From: Fidelibacterota bacterium
GTDB taxonomy: Bacteria > Fidelibacterota > Marinisomatia > Marinisomatales > JABMOV01
Assembly (NCBI GenBank): GCA_046861395.1
Contig: JBHHUC010000011.1
Coordinates: 1 to 48,893, forward strand
Length of the DNA: 48,893 nt
Direction of reading: 5' to 3'
Position numbers and translations under genes: made by a program. Shown piece after piece: positions 1 through 10,198 of the stretch; positions within the stretch are counted from its first letter, which is position 1, and each line of letters begins with the position of its first letter. The notes under the pieces are model-generated. The model worked only from the letters and a program-made list of their open reading frames with translations. It did not search any database and was not told the origin of the DNA.

Positions 1-464
1 ATTGAACTCAGGGACACATACCCTGTCAAAATGAGTGTGACGATGAACACCACCAGGCAGAGGGGGAAAGCGATGGGAAACAGGGCTATGAGAATTCCCG
101 CCAGCGTACCAACCCCTTTGCCACCCTTGAATCCGGCAAAAATCGTATAGGTATGTCCCAGTACGGCGGCAAACCCGCAGAGAATCTGCAATACACCCAG
201 ATCGGGTATGGGTGTCAATTCCAGCCATATGCGAGCTAGAACAGCCGCCGGGAGCCAGCCCTTGAAAACATCCACGATGACCACCACCAAGGCCGGTTTC
301 CAGCCCAGAACTCGGAAAACGTTTGTCCCTCCGGCATTGCCGCTACCGTGGTCGCGGATGTCAATGCCCCGGACCAGTTTTCCCATGATGATCGACGTGG
401 GCGTGGACCCGATGACATAACTGAGAAACAAGAGACCGGTGAGAAAAAGATAGGAATTATTCAT
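1..464 (-). CDS. plsY: Glycerol-3-phosphate acyltransferase PlsY (acyl-phosphate dependent), 3' end truncated by window edge
   Basis: Not in the ORF track; translated manually from ATG at 464: MNNSYLFLTGLLFLSYVIGSTPTS...DIRDHGSGNAGGTNVFR...DVFKG...LGHTYTIFAGFKGGKGVGT...GYVSLSS. The GSGNxGxTN and FKGGKGV motifs are PlsY hallmarks. The start overlaps the upstream gene by 8 nt. Confidence 0.95.
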   Translation of the reverse strand, partial: MNNSYLFLTGLLFLSYVIGSTPTSIIMGKLVRGIDIRDHGSGNAGGTNVFRVLGWKPALVVVIVDVFKGWLPAAVLARIWLELTPIPDLGVLQILCGFAAVLGHTYTIFAGFKGGKGVGTLAGILIALFPIAFPLCLVVFIVTLILTGYVSLSS

Positions 465-2253
465 TCAAGGAATCCTCCAGGGTTTGGATGGCAATAACCA
501 GCCCACCGGGGCCGGAATGAACGCCCAGCGCCGGGCCGATTTCAGAGGTAAAAATATTGTTTTCACCCACCAGGGGCGTAAAGTAATTCACAGCCCGTTC
601 TAAACCGGTGGGATTCAGGGCGTGAGAAATTCCAACGCGATAGGGGGTTTTTTCCGGGAGCCGTTTTCTCACAAAGCGAATCAATTTTCCCACTTTGTCT
701 TTTTTCCCGAACGTGACACCGATGTTGTGGACGCCTTTCGCGCTGAAGGTTAGAACGGGATTGATCCGGAAAAGGTTGGCGATGCGTTTTTTAGACGGAG
801 AAACCCGCCCGCCTTTCACTACATTGTTCAGGTTTTCCAGTCCGATATAGATAGTGGTGTTGGCAATGGCCTGGTCGATCAGACGGACCACGCTGTCAAA
901 ACTCATACCGGCCTCGATACCTTCCGAAGCCCGGATGGCAATCAAGCCCAGTCCAATGGAACCGGAATAGGAATCGATAACGCGGGTGGGGAAATTGTTC
1001 ACGGCACGGGTCGCGGTCCACGCCGACTGATAGGTACCGCTTAACGCCGCCGGTAAATGTATCGAAATGGCTGCTTCATAATGGCTGGCAAGGAATTGAT
1101 ATTGCCGGCGGAAATCACCGGGTGTCGGCTGGGACGTTTGGGGGTGGATGGGGTTTTGTGCCATTTCGTCCCAGAACTCATCTACTGACATGGTAACTTT
1201 GTCCACATAGTGCCGATCCCCGAAGTTCAAGCGGACCGGGACCATGTGAATATTGTGTGTTTCCATGTCCTCCTCACTGAGATCACAGCCGGAATCTACC
1301 ACCACGACAAAGGGGCGTTGTGTGCGCTGGGCATCGGCCTGCTGCCGCCACATATCGTCGGCTTTTTCACCGGTAACGTCGCCGAACCGACGACATATTT
1401 CGATGACTGTTTTGGGTTCGTCAGTATGGATATGGATCCGGGCCTTGGATTTTGTTCCGGCAATGACGATGCTGTCCCCCTGGCCCTGTAAGGCTTCTTT
1501 TAAACCGATTCTGTCCACCGGATCATTTTTTACCAGACATTCCGTGCAGAAACGGTAAGTATCGGTGTAATCCGAATTTGCCGCAGGGACGTCGGGTGTA
1601 GCAGCGGCATTGAAACGGGCGAAAGTCAATTCGCCCCGTTCGATGTAATCCTGAATACCTTCCAAAAAGTCCACGAAACCCTGGGCTCCGGCGTCCACCA
1701 CATTGGCTTTGGCCAGGACGGCCAGCTTCTGTGGGGTGTCAGCCAATGATTGTCGGGCGGTATCCAGAGCCTGGGCCAGCAATTTTCTAAAATCCCGGAC
1801 CTTATGTGCCTTGGATTGAATACAGGCTGCCCAGTCGCTGATGACGGTGAGGATGGTGCCTTCCTGAGGGACCAGCAATGCTTCGTAGGCATAATGTTTT
1901 GCCATCTGGGCGGCGTGGGCGAATTCGCGGGATGTAATTTTGTGCAGGTCAGCCAATCCTTCGGCAAAGCCTACCAGGAATTGTGCCAGGATGGCTCCGG
2001 AATTGCCCCGGGCATTGTCCAGCGCCGCATCTGCGATGGAGGCACCCATAATATGTATATCGGAATGGATTTTTCCATTTATTTCATCTTCAATCATGGA
2101 TAGTGTAAAAGCCAGGTTAGTGCCAGTATCGCTATCCGGCACCGGAAAGACATTAATTTTATTCAAATAATCCTGACGGGAGATTACACGTTGAATCCCG
2201 GCTGATAAGGACCGCTGCAGGCGGATTCCATCAATGTAACGAATACCGCTCAT
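457..2253 (-). CDS. DAK2 (FakA-like kinase)-DegV (FakB-like fatty-acid binding) fusion protein
   Basis: N-terminal LNKINVFPVPDSDTGTNL, ARGNSG, EGTILTV and VVDAGAQG (DAK2/FakA); middle FCTE...IHIHT; C-terminal VDSGCDL, QTSQP, LSGTYQS, GGRV and GVHSGPG (DegV). Confidence 0.9.
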   Translation of the reverse strand: MSGIRYIDGIRLQRSLSAGIQRVISRQDYLNKINVFPVPDSDTGTNLAFTLSMIEDEINGKIHSDIHIMGASIADAALDNARGNSGAILAQFLVGFAEGLADLHKITSREFAHAAQMAKHYAYEALLVPQEGTILTVISDWAACIQSKAHKVRDFRKLLAQALDTARQSLADTPQKLAVLAKANVVDAGAQGFVDFLEGIQDYIERGELTFARFNAAATPDVPAANSDYTDTYRFCTECLVKNDPVDRIGLKEALQGQGDSIVIAGTKSKARIHIHTDEPKTVIEICRRFGDVTGEKADDMWRQQADAQRTQRPFVVVVDSGCDLSEEDMETHNIHMVPVRLNFGDRHYVDKVTMSVDEFWDEMAQNPIHPQTSQPTPGDFRRQYQFLASHYEAAISIHLPAALSGTYQSAWTATRAVNNFPTRVIDSYSGSIGLGLIAIRASEGIEAGMSFDSVVRLIDQAIANTTIYIGLENLNNVVKGGRVSPSKKRIANLFRINPVLTFSAKGVHNIGVTFGKKDKVGKLIRFVRKRLPEKTPYRVGISHALNPTGLERAVNYFTPLVGENNIFTSEIGPALGVHSGPGGLVIAIQTLEDSLNE

Positions 2254-2870
2254 GACGTTTTCCTGCCTTTCCCGATCATACCGGCCTGATGCACCTTGGG
2301 TGCCAGCATACCGCCGGAAATAATGGTTTTCAAACCGATTTCCACCGACATTTGGGCTTTAATGGTATCGGATTTCGGCACCAGCACGAAAACGCCGGAG
2401 GTGGGATTGGGTGTTGTGGGGACAAATAACTGGTAATATTCCACCCCGGCTTCGTTTTTCGATTCTCCGGTCACAAAAGCCAGTGTCCAGAGATCGCGGC
2501 GGGGATATTCGACATAGACTACGCTCCGAAAAGATCGATCAGATGAGCCGGAAAAAGCCTGGGTAAGCTGCTTGACCGTATTGTAAATGGTATTGACGAG
2601 TGGAATCGTGGATAGAATGCGTTCCCCCAAGTTGAGCAGCGTCCGGCCCAAAACATTGGTGACCAGGATTCCCAACAGCCATAGAATGACGAGTGTGAGC
2701 AGAATGCCAAGTCCCGGAATCTCTACTCCGAATTGTCGTAATAGCGGCGCCGTAAAGCGATCCAGGAAGGTAAACATGATTTTCAGGATATAGAGGGTGG
2801 CAACGATGGGAGCTACAACAAAAAAGCCGGTGAAAAATTTCCGTCGTATATTATTCCATACGTGTTTCAT
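2250..2870 (-). CDS. DUF502 family membrane protein
   Basis: FFTGFFVVAPIVAT, IPLVNTIY..VKQL, VYVEYPR and FVPTTPNPTSG motifs. ATG at 2870 preferred over TTG at 2876. The stop overlaps the next start (ATGA). Confidence 0.88.
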   Translation of the reverse strand: MKHVWNNIRRKFFTGFFVVAPIVATLYILKIMFTFLDRFTAPLLRQFGVEIPGLGILLTLVILWLLGILVTNVLGRTLLNLGERILSTIPLVNTIYNTVKQLTQAFSGSSDRSFRSVVYVEYPRRDLWTLAFVTGESKNEAGVEYYQLFVPTTPNPTSGVFVLVPKSDTIKAQMSVEIGLKTIISGGMLAPKVHQAGMIGKGRKTS

Positions 2871-3189
2871 GAGCAAGTATCCGTGAATTAGATCGTGATG
2901 AAGAAACGCGGGAAACCAGGCAGCGATTCCGCCCTGGCCGGGGAAATTCGCTGATAGTTGAATGAGTCTGGTTGAATAGTATCATGTTTTCAGAATTGGG
3001 AACAGATAAATATACACAGGATCGAATCTTTGTCCTAAATATTGCGTACTTCTCAACACTCCGCATCCTTGCAATTTCTCCCTGACAGCCGGGGAACATT
3101 CTCGGCGGTGAAATAAAAGCATCCCTGCATCGCGTCGGAGAAAAATTCTTCGTATTTTTACACCGATTTATCACAAGGTAAAGGGCAGG

Positions 3190-4212
3190 ATGAAAGCGCT
3201 TGTAAAAAAAGAACCGGGCCGGGGGCTGATCATGGAAAATGTACCCGAGCCGAACATGGGAACCAATGATGTATTAATTCGGATCAGCAAAACGGCGATC
3301 TGCGGCACCGATCTACATATTTATCTCTGGGATGACTGGGCCCAGCGTACGATTCGCACCCCCATGATCATCGGTCATGAATTCGTGGGTGAGGTTGTGG
3401 CCATAGGTCCCGGCGTCACCCATTTTAAGATCGGAGATCGGGTCTCCGGTGAAGGACATATTACCTGCGGTTACTGCCGGAATTGCCGGGCCGGGAAGCG
3501 TCATTTATGTCACCGGACAGTAGGCATCGGGGTTAACCGAGACGGGGCCTTTGCCGAATTGCTTTCGCTACCGGAACGCAATGTATGGCCGGTCCACCCT
3601 GATGTTCCTTCAGAGATTGCATCCTTCTTTGATCCTTTCGGCAATGCAACTCACTCAGCCTTGTCCTTTGAAATGGTGGGTGAGGACGTCTTGATAACCG
3701 GCGCCGGTCCCATTGGCATCATGGCCGTGGCAGTCTGTCGATTTGTGGGTGCCCGTCACGTCGTTATCACGGATATCAATGATTACCGTTTGGCGCTGGC
3801 CGATGACATGGGTGCTTCGCGGGTGATCAATGTGGGCCGGGAAAAAATTTCCGATTGTTTTCCTTCCCTGGGAATGTCAAACGGCTTCGATATTGGATTG
3901 GAAATGTCCGGTAATCCCACGGCCTTTCGTAATATGATTACGAATATGTATCATGGGGGACGCATTGCTTTGTTGGGACTGTTGCCGCAGGATACGAGGA
4001 TCAACTGGGATGAGGTTATTTTCAAGGGGTTGCACATCAAGGGTATCTACGGCCGGGAAATGTTTGAAACATGGTATAAGATGACCCAGATGCTGCGTAG
4101 CGGCCTGGATATTTCATCCGTCGTTACCCATCGCTTCCCCGTTGCGGAATTCCAGGAAGGATTCTCAGTGATGGCAGAGGGACAATGCGGAAAAGTGATT
4201 TTAGAATGGTAA
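3190..4212 (+). CDS. tdh: L-threonine 3-dehydrogenase
   Basis: [27 protein letters not shown] zinc sites, [20 protein letters not shown]; adjacent to kbl. Confidence 0.96.
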   Translation: MKALVKKEPGRGLIMENVPEPNMGTNDVLIRISKTAICGTDLHIYLWDDWAQRTIRTPMIIGHEFVGEVVAIGPGVTHFKIGDRVSGEGHITCGYCRNCRAGKRHLCHRTVGIGVNRDGAFAELLSLPERNVWPVHPDVPSEIASFFDPFGNATHSALSFEMVGEDVLITGAGPIGIMAVAVCRFVGARHVVITDINDYRLALADDMGASRVINVGREKISDCFPSLGMSNGFDIGLEMSGNPTAFRNMITNMYHGGRIALLGLLPQDTRINWDEVIFKGLHIKGIYGREMFETWYKMTQMLRSGLDISSVVTHRFPVAEFQEGFSVMAEGQCGKVILEW

Positions 4213-4225
4213 CAAGGGAGCCGGT

Positions 4226-5410
4226 ATGAAACCAGCAGAAATTTATTTCCACCTTCTGAAAGACATAGAAAAAGAAGGATTATATAAACGGGAACGAACG
4301 ATTGTGACGCCCCAGCAGGTGACAATCAAAACCGTTGAAGGGGGAGAGGTTCTGAACTTTTGTGCTAATAATTACTTGGGGCTGGCAAATCATCTCCGCG
4401 TGATTCAGGCTGCCAAGATGGCCCTGGATGATCATGGGTTCGGCATGGCGTCGGTCCGGTTTATTTGCGGAACACAGGATTTGCACAAGAAGCTGGAAGC
4501 AGCCATCGCCCAGTTTTTTGGCACCGATGATGCCATCCTTTACACCTCTTGCTTTGATGCCAACGGAGGATTGTTTGAGACCTTGTTAACGACGGAAGAT
4601 GCCGTCATTAGTGACGCCCTGAATCATGCCTCTATTATTGACGGAATCCGATTGTGCAAGGCGCGGCGTTTTCGTTATCGTCACGCCGATATGGCCGATC
4701 TGGAAGCGCAATTGAAAGCCGCCCGCGAGGCCCGGATTCGTCTGATAGCCACCGATGGTGTTTTCAGTATGGACGGGGACATCGCCAAATTGAACGAAAT
4801 TGTTGCCTTGGCGGAAACCTATGACGCGCTTGTCATGGTGGATGATTCCCATGCTACGGGATTCGTGGGGAAAACCGGCCGTGGTTCGGCGGAATTTCAT
4901 AACGTCATGGACCGTATAGATGTTTTTACGTCCACGCTGGGGAAGGCTCTGGGTGGTGCTTCCGGTGGCTTTACGACTGGCAGAAAGCCTATCATTGATT
5001 TATTGCGGCAGCGATCCCGTCCCTACCTGTTTTCAAATACCGTTGCTCCTGCCATTGTCGCCGCCGGATTGGAGGTATTCGCCATGTTGAGTGAAACAAC
5101 CCAGCTTCGAGACCGGCTGGAAGAAAACACCCAATATTTCCGGGAGCAGATGACGGCCGCCGGTTTTGATATCAAACCGGGGTTACATCCCATCGTACCC
5201 ATCATGTTGTATGAGGCGAATCTGGCACAGAAAATGGCTGCCGATTTATTACAGGAAGGCATTTATGTCATCGGATTTTTCTTTCCGGTGGTTCCCAAGG
5301 GTGAAGCCCGGATCCGGGTGCAGATTTCAGCGGCCCATACCCGCGATGATCTGGATCGGGCCCAAGCTGCCTTTGTGAAAGTAGGAAAACGGCATGGAAT
5401 AATTTCGTAA
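4226..5410 (+). CDS. kbl: 2-amino-3-ketobutyrate CoA ligase (glycine C-acetyltransferase)
   Basis: [51 protein letters not shown] (PLP lysine), ARIRVQISA. Confidence 0.96.
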   Translation: MKPAEIYFHLLKDIEKEGLYKRERTIVTPQQVTIKTVEGGEVLNFCANNYLGLANHLRVIQAAKMALDDHGFGMASVRFICGTQDLHKKLEAAIAQFFGTDDAILYTSCFDANGGLFETLLTTEDAVISDALNHASIIDGIRLCKARRFRYRHADMADLEAQLKAAREARIRLIATDGVFSMDGDIAKLNEIVALAETYDALVMVDDSHATGFVGKTGRGSAEFHNVMDRIDVFTSTLGKALGGASGGFTTGRKPIIDLLRQRSRPYLFSNTVAPAIVAAGLEVFAMLSETTQLRDRLEENTQYFREQMTAAGFDIKPGLHPIVPIMLYEANLAQKMAADLLQEGIYVIGFFFPVVPKGEARIRVQISAAHTRDDLDRAQAAFVKVGKRHGIIS

Positions 5411-5469
5411 TGTCATCGGTGCGGAAAAGATGGATATATTTCTGACGGTGCACAAAGGATATTAGTCGT

Positions 5470-5497
5470 TTGTATCCCCTAGAGCCCGACGTAAATT
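5470..5497 (+). promoter_or_regulatory. Candidate housekeeping promoter for secDF (TTGTAT-16 nt-TAAATT)
   Basis: TTGTAT at 5470-5475 and TAAATT at 5492-5497. The same GTAAATT recurs upstream of phoH and tig. Confidence 0.4.
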
Positions 5498-5540
5498 CCC
5501 GCGCTTTTTTTTACAGGAATCCTCACAATAAAACACACAT

Positions 5541-7466
5541 ATGAATAATAAATTAACTCCACGCTATTTCGTCATTGGTGTCGTATTAGCCTGGGCATTA
5601 TGGGCCCTGTGGCCAACCGTTCGTTATAATAATCTTTCCGAAGATGAAAAAGAGGCGATGCGGCAAGCTGGTACTTTATATGCCCTGGAAACCAAAACGA
5701 TTAAACAGGGTCTGGACTTACAGGGCGGTATGTATATCGTTCTGGAGGCGGACATTCCCACGCTGGTCTATAATCTGGCCCAGAACAAAGACGCCCGGTT
5801 TGAACGGGCGCTGGACGAAGTCAAAGCCCAGTTAAATACGCCGGAAGCGGATTACTTCGTTCTGCTCCAAGAAGCCGCCGTGAAACATAATCTGAAACTG
5901 AGACGTTATTTCAACGAATATGGCGCCACGGATGAAGACATTATTTCCGGACTGGAGGAAGAGGCCAACGATGCCATCGACCGGGTACTGGAAATTTTAC
6001 AGAATCGGGTGGATCAATTCGGTGTCAGTGAGCCTACGATCCAGAAACAGGGTCGGCAGAGAATCATCGTTGAGCTAGCCGGTATTGAAGATCCCGAACG
6101 GGCCCGTGCGTTGCTGCAATCCACAGCCTTGCTGGAATTTTATATTGTAAAATCCACTGATCTGACTAATGATATTCTGATCCGTATTGACAACGTACTC
6201 AAGGGTAGTGATGCTCTGGATGATATTGCAGCCGCTAAGACCGCTGCGGATACGACTGCCGATGGTTCGGAATCGGCCCAGGTTGCTGATGATAAAACGG
6301 TTTCTGTCAGTGAATTATTCGGCGAAGCGGAAGAAGCGACGACCCTGGCAGGAGATTCCGACAGCTCGGTTGTTGTAGATGACCGTTTGTTTGAGGAACG
6401 ACCGTTTTCATCTCTGTTGCGCAGCCTGCAAAATGATATTGGTGTGCCGGAGCGGAATTTATATGCCGTGAAAAAAATCCTGGCCATGGAAGAAGTCATG
6501 AGCAAAATGGACGCCAGTGAAGGGAAATTTCTTTTCAGTAATGAACCGATCAGTGTTACCGATCTGGAGGGCAATGAAGAAAAGATTTACCGGATGTATT
6601 ATCTGGAAAAAGAGCCGGAACTTACCGGAGGAGTCATTGAAGAAGCCCGCGCCACGATTGGCGGACAAGGCGGTGGTGCTTCTGGTCAGTCAGTGGTCTT
6701 ACTGGATATGAATACGGAAGGGGCCAAACAATGGGCCCGGATCACCGGTTCCAACGTGGGTCGTCGGGTCGCCATTGTACTGGATAATAAAGTCCACATG
6801 GCACCACAGATCAGAGAAAAAATCAGTCGCGGCGGGACCCAGATTGAAGGATTCGCCAATATGGACGAAGCCAAGGATATTGCCATCGTCCTGCGGGCCG
6901 GTGCTTTGCCAGCTCCTGTTAAGATTATTGAAGAACGTATTGTCGGTAGTTCCCTGGGGTCGGATTCGGTCCGCAAGGGAACCATATCGGTCCTGGTGGG
7001 TCTGGCTCTGGTATTGGTATTCATGATCATTTATTATAAATGGTCCGGCGCAATCGCCGATTTTGCCCTGGTGTGGAATTTGATCCTGGTGCTGGCCATC
7101 CTGGCCTCTCTGGATGCCACCCTGACCCTGCCGGGTATTGCCGGATTAATATTAACGGTGGGTATGTCGATTGATGCCAATGTGATCATCTTTGAACGTA
7201 TACGGGAGGAAGCGCGAAAAGGGAAAACGCCCCGAGCCGCCATTGAAGCCGGTTATGACCGGGCGATAACAACGATTGTAGACGCCAATATTACTACCGT
7301 GATCGCTGCCCTGGTTCTCTATCAGTACGGAACAGGACCTATCCGTGGATTTGCCACCGTCCTGTTTTGGGGAATTCTCATCAGCATGTTCACAGCCATT
7401 TTCGTGACCCGCACAATTTTTAATTCCTTTGTTCAACGCAAAGGTCTCCAGAGGTTAAGTATATGA
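5541..7466 (+). CDS. secD: Protein translocase subunit SecD
   Basis: GLDLQGG, NRVDQFGVSEP, RIIVELAG, LRAGALPAP, TLPGIAG..LTVGMSIDANVIIFERIREE, DANITT, GPIRGFA. Confidence 0.97.
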   Translation: MNNKLTPRYFVIGVVLAWALWALWPTVRYNNLSEDEKEAMRQAGTLYALETKTIKQGLDLQGGMYIVLEADIPTLVYNLAQNKDARFERALDEVKAQLNTPEADYFVLLQEAAVKHNLKLRRYFNEYGATDEDIISGLEEEANDAIDRVLEILQNRVDQFGVSEPTIQKQGRQRIIVELAGIEDPERARALLQSTALLEFYIVKSTDLTNDILIRIDNVLKGSDALDDIAAAKTAADTTADGSESAQVADDKTVSVSELFGEAEEATTLAGDSDSSVVVDDRLFEERPFSSLLRSLQNDIGVPERNLYAVKKILAMEEVMSKMDASEGKFLFSNEPISVTDLEGNEEKIYRMYYLEKEPELTGGVIEEARATIGGQGGGASGQSVVLLDMNTEGAKQWARITGSNVGRRVAIVLDNKVHMAPQIREKISRGGTQIEGFANMDEAKDIAIVLRAGALPAPVKIIEERIVGSSLGSDSVRKGTISVLVGLALVLVFMIIYYKWSGAIADFALVWNLILVLAILASLDATLTLPGIAGLILTVGMSIDANVIIFERIREEARKGKTPRAAIEAGYDRAITTIVDANITTVIAALVLYQYGTGPIRGFATVLFWGILISMFTAIFVTRTIFNSFVQRKGLQRLSI

Positions 7467-8395
7467 AATTAATTAAAGAAACTTCGATCAATTTCATGGG
7501 GCAAACCCGGATCGGATATCTGATTTCGGGAGTATTGATTCTGGCAGGACTGATTTCCCTGGTAATGCAGGGCGGTCCGAAACGCAGTATTGAATTCACC
7601 GGTGGAACGATCGTGGCGGTACAGTTTCAAGAAGAAGTCGATATTGAGGCTGTTCGTAACGCCTTATCCCATGTTGTTATCGACGGAAAAACCTATGATT
7701 TCAGTAATCAGGAAATCAAGCATTTCGGAGGGCTGGAAACCGTATCGGCTCGCTTGCCCGTTATCGATGAAACACATGAAGATTTCGCACAGGGAATCGT
7801 GGACCATCTCTACCGGTCCTTCCCGGACAAAGTCCCGGACGATAAAACCATATTTCTCCTGTCCATCGAGAAAGTGGGCCCGAAAATCGGTGCCGAACTG
7901 GGAGCCGATGCCGTGCAAGCCATTCTTACAGCACTGGTGCTGATTCTGGTCTATATTTCCATTCGTTTCCAATTCAAATTTGCACTGGGAGCCATTGCCG
8001 CCCTGACCCACGATGTTACAATTACGCTGGGGATATTTTCCATGCTGAATCTGGAAATATCATTGTCTGTCATTGCGGCCTTTTTAACGATTGTGGGTTA
8101 TTCCCTGAATGATACCATTGTTATATTTGATCGCATCCGGGAAAATTTGAAATCCCATAAACGGGATAAATATGAAGATGTGGTCAATATGAGTATCAAT
8201 GAATCATTGAGCCGTACGGTGATAACGTCCCTGACGACTTTCTTTGTCGTGTTCGTCCTGTGGATTTTCGGTGGGGAAGTCATTCATAATTTCGCCTTTG
8301 CCATGATCATCGGTGTGGTCGTCGGTACTTATTCCAGTATCTACGTTGCCAGTCCCATTGTGGTACAGTTGCACAATTCCCAGGATCAGAAATAA
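7463..8395 (+). CDS. secF: Protein translocase subunit SecF
   Basis: IEFTGGT, VGPKIG, HDVTIT, GYSLNDTIVIFDRIRE, LSRTVITS, GTYSSIYVA. ATG overlaps the secD stop. Confidence 0.97.
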   Translation: MKLIKETSINFMGQTRIGYLISGVLILAGLISLVMQGGPKRSIEFTGGTIVAVQFQEEVDIEAVRNALSHVVIDGKTYDFSNQEIKHFGGLETVSARLPVIDETHEDFAQGIVDHLYRSFPDKVPDDKTIFLLSIEKVGPKIGAELGADAVQAILTALVLILVYISIRFQFKFALGAIAALTHDVTITLGIFSMLNLEISLSVIAAFLTIVGYSLNDTIVIFDRIRENLKSHKRDKYEDVVNMSINESLSRTVITSLTTFFVVFVLWIFGGEVIHNFAFAMIIGVVVGTYSSIYVASPIVVQLHNSQDQK

Positions 8396-8418
8396 ATACA
8401 TATAACGATTATTCCCTG

Positions 8419-8455
8419 AAACGCCCTTTTTTCGAATAAAGGGCGTTTTTTATTT
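8419..8455 (+). terminator. Rho-independent terminator after secF
   Basis: Stem AAACGCCCTTT (8419-8429) / AAAGGGCGTTT (8438-8448) followed by a T-rich tail. Confidence 0.8.
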
Positions 8456-9363
8456 ATGTCAACGCGAGTCATTATCAATTACATTACCCTGTGTCTCGTT
8501 TGGGGAACAACGTGGTTTGCCATGAAGATCAGCCTCAATTACGGGACACCGCCGCTGTTCGGTGCTGGTATCCGGTTTTTTCTGGCCGGAATCATCCTGA
8601 TCACCATCCTGCTGATACGGCGGGAACGGCTGCCTCTGAACCGCCGGGCCGTCATCCTCTATATTCAGTTCGGATTATTGAATTTTGTCGTGAGCTATTC
8701 CCTGTCCTACTGGGCTGTCCAGTACGTGTATTCCAATGTGACATCGCTGGTCTGGGCCGGTTTCCCGGTGGCGGTTAGCCTTTTTCCCAGTGGATGCTCC
8801 CGGATGATAAAATGACTATGCCGAAATTCATCAGTATGTTGATTGGGATTACTGGTGTGAGCCTTATTATCCTGAACGGACAGAGCTTGGGAGGTAAAAA
8901 TGTGATTCTGGGACTGGTGGGCGTGACCGTTGCGGTATTTGTGGCGGCCTACTCCAATGTTTATCTGAAGAAATATCATACCTCCGTTACTACGCTGCAA
9001 TTGAATACGGTGGGTCAGAGTCTGGCCGGCGTGGTGTTGTTGACTATTTCCTTTTTCCTGGAAGATCATACTACCATTATCTGGTCGGATCAGAATATTG
9101 CCGCACTGGTTTACCTGACGCTGTTCGGCAGTGTACTGACGTGGTTGATCTATTTCTGGTTATTTCAACATCTGACCATGACACAAACATCTTATGTTGC
9201 CCTATTTCCACCGGTGATTGCTACGGTGGTAGGCTGGTTCTTCCTGGATGAACGACTGACCGGAGTGATGATCGCAGGAGCCGTGCTGGTCCTCTTGGGT
9301 GGTGTGATGATCCAGTGCTTGCCGACTCAGGTTCTGCCGCCGACCGCAAATGGAGTGAAATAA
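8456..9363 (+). pseudogene. EamA/DMT family transporter split by a 1-nt frameshift (pseudogene or sequencing error)
   Basis: The ORF 8456-8815 has the EamA N-terminal repeat (LCLVWGTTW, PPLFGAGIRF) and 8794-9363 has the C-terminal repeat (YLTLFGSV, FFLDERL). One extra T in the T5 run at 8781-8785 gives ...SLFSQWMLPDDK... and a single ~302-aa ORF. Confidence 0.85.
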
Positions 9364-9433
9364 GGGATAGAATGGAATCACTCTGGTGAGTAATTTATCC
9401 TTCTACTTTTCTTGATCTCAAATTGCCGGAATT

Positions 9434-10198
9434 ATGGGAAAAATTATTGCGATCGTAAATCAAAAGGGCGGAGTTGGGAAAACTACTTCATCCGTCAATA
9501 TTGCCGTCAGCCTGGCGGTAACGGAAGTTAAAACACTGTTAATCGATATGGACCCTCAGGCCAATGCGACCACCGGTGTATCCGATTTATTTGACGAATC
9601 AAATCATTCCATTTACGATGTACTCATCAATGAAAACAAAATCCAGGATTGTATCACCCATACTCAGTTTCACACTTTGGATTTAATTGTTTCCACACAT
9701 GATCTTGTGGGAGCTGAAATTGAATTGGTCAGTCTCCTGGCCCGGGAGTATCAGCTGAAAAATGCCCTGGAAACCATTCGGTCGGACTATGAGTATATCA
9801 TTATCGATTGTCCACCGTCGCTGGGGTTACTCACCATCAATGCTCTGACCGCCGCCGATTCAGTCATCATTCCCATCCAGTGTGAATACTACGCCTTAGA
9901 GGGACTGGGACAATTGCTGAATACGATTCGGCTGATCCAGCGCCATCTGAATCAGTCGTTGACCATTACCGGCGTGCTATTGACCATGTATGACAGCCGC
10001 CTGAACCTCAGTAAAGAAGTGGCCGAAGAGGTACGCAGTTATTTTGAGGATAAATTGTTTCAAACCAAAATCCAGCGCAACGTAAGACTGGGAGAAGCCC
10101 CCAGTTTTGGAAAACCGGCCTTATTATATGATGCCAATTCTACCGGCGCCAAAAATTATCTGGATTTAGTGGAGGAGATATTAAGTCGTGAAGGGTAA
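9434..10198 (+). CDS. parA: Chromosome partitioning ATPase ParA/Soj
   Basis: NQKGGVGKTT deviant Walker A, DMDPQANAT, IDCPPSLG, PIQCEYYALEG, RNVRLGEAPSFG. Confidence 0.96.
   Translation: MGKIIAIVNQKGGVGKTTSSVNIAVSLAVTEVKTLLIDMDPQANATTGVSDLFDESNHSIYDVLINENKIQDCITHTQFHTLDLIVSTHDLVGAEIELVSLLAREYQLKNALETIRSDYEYIIIDCPPSLGLLTINALTAADSVIIPIQCEYYALEGLGQLLNTIRLIQRHLNQSLTITGVLLTMYDSRLNLSKEVAEEVRSYFEDKLFQTKIQRNVRLGEAPSFGKPALLYDANSTGAKNYLDLVEEILSREG

Noticed and set aside
2851..3174. 107-aa minus-strand ORF in the DUF502-tdh divergent spacer, or a riboswitch upstream of tdh-kbl
   Set aside because: Atypical composition, it occupies the space needed for two promoters, and I saw no glycine-riboswitch or other aptamer consensus.
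8778..8790. Programmed -1 ribosomal frameshift in the EamA gene
   Set aside because: CTT TTT CCC is not an X XXY YYZ slippery heptamer and no stimulatory structure is evident.
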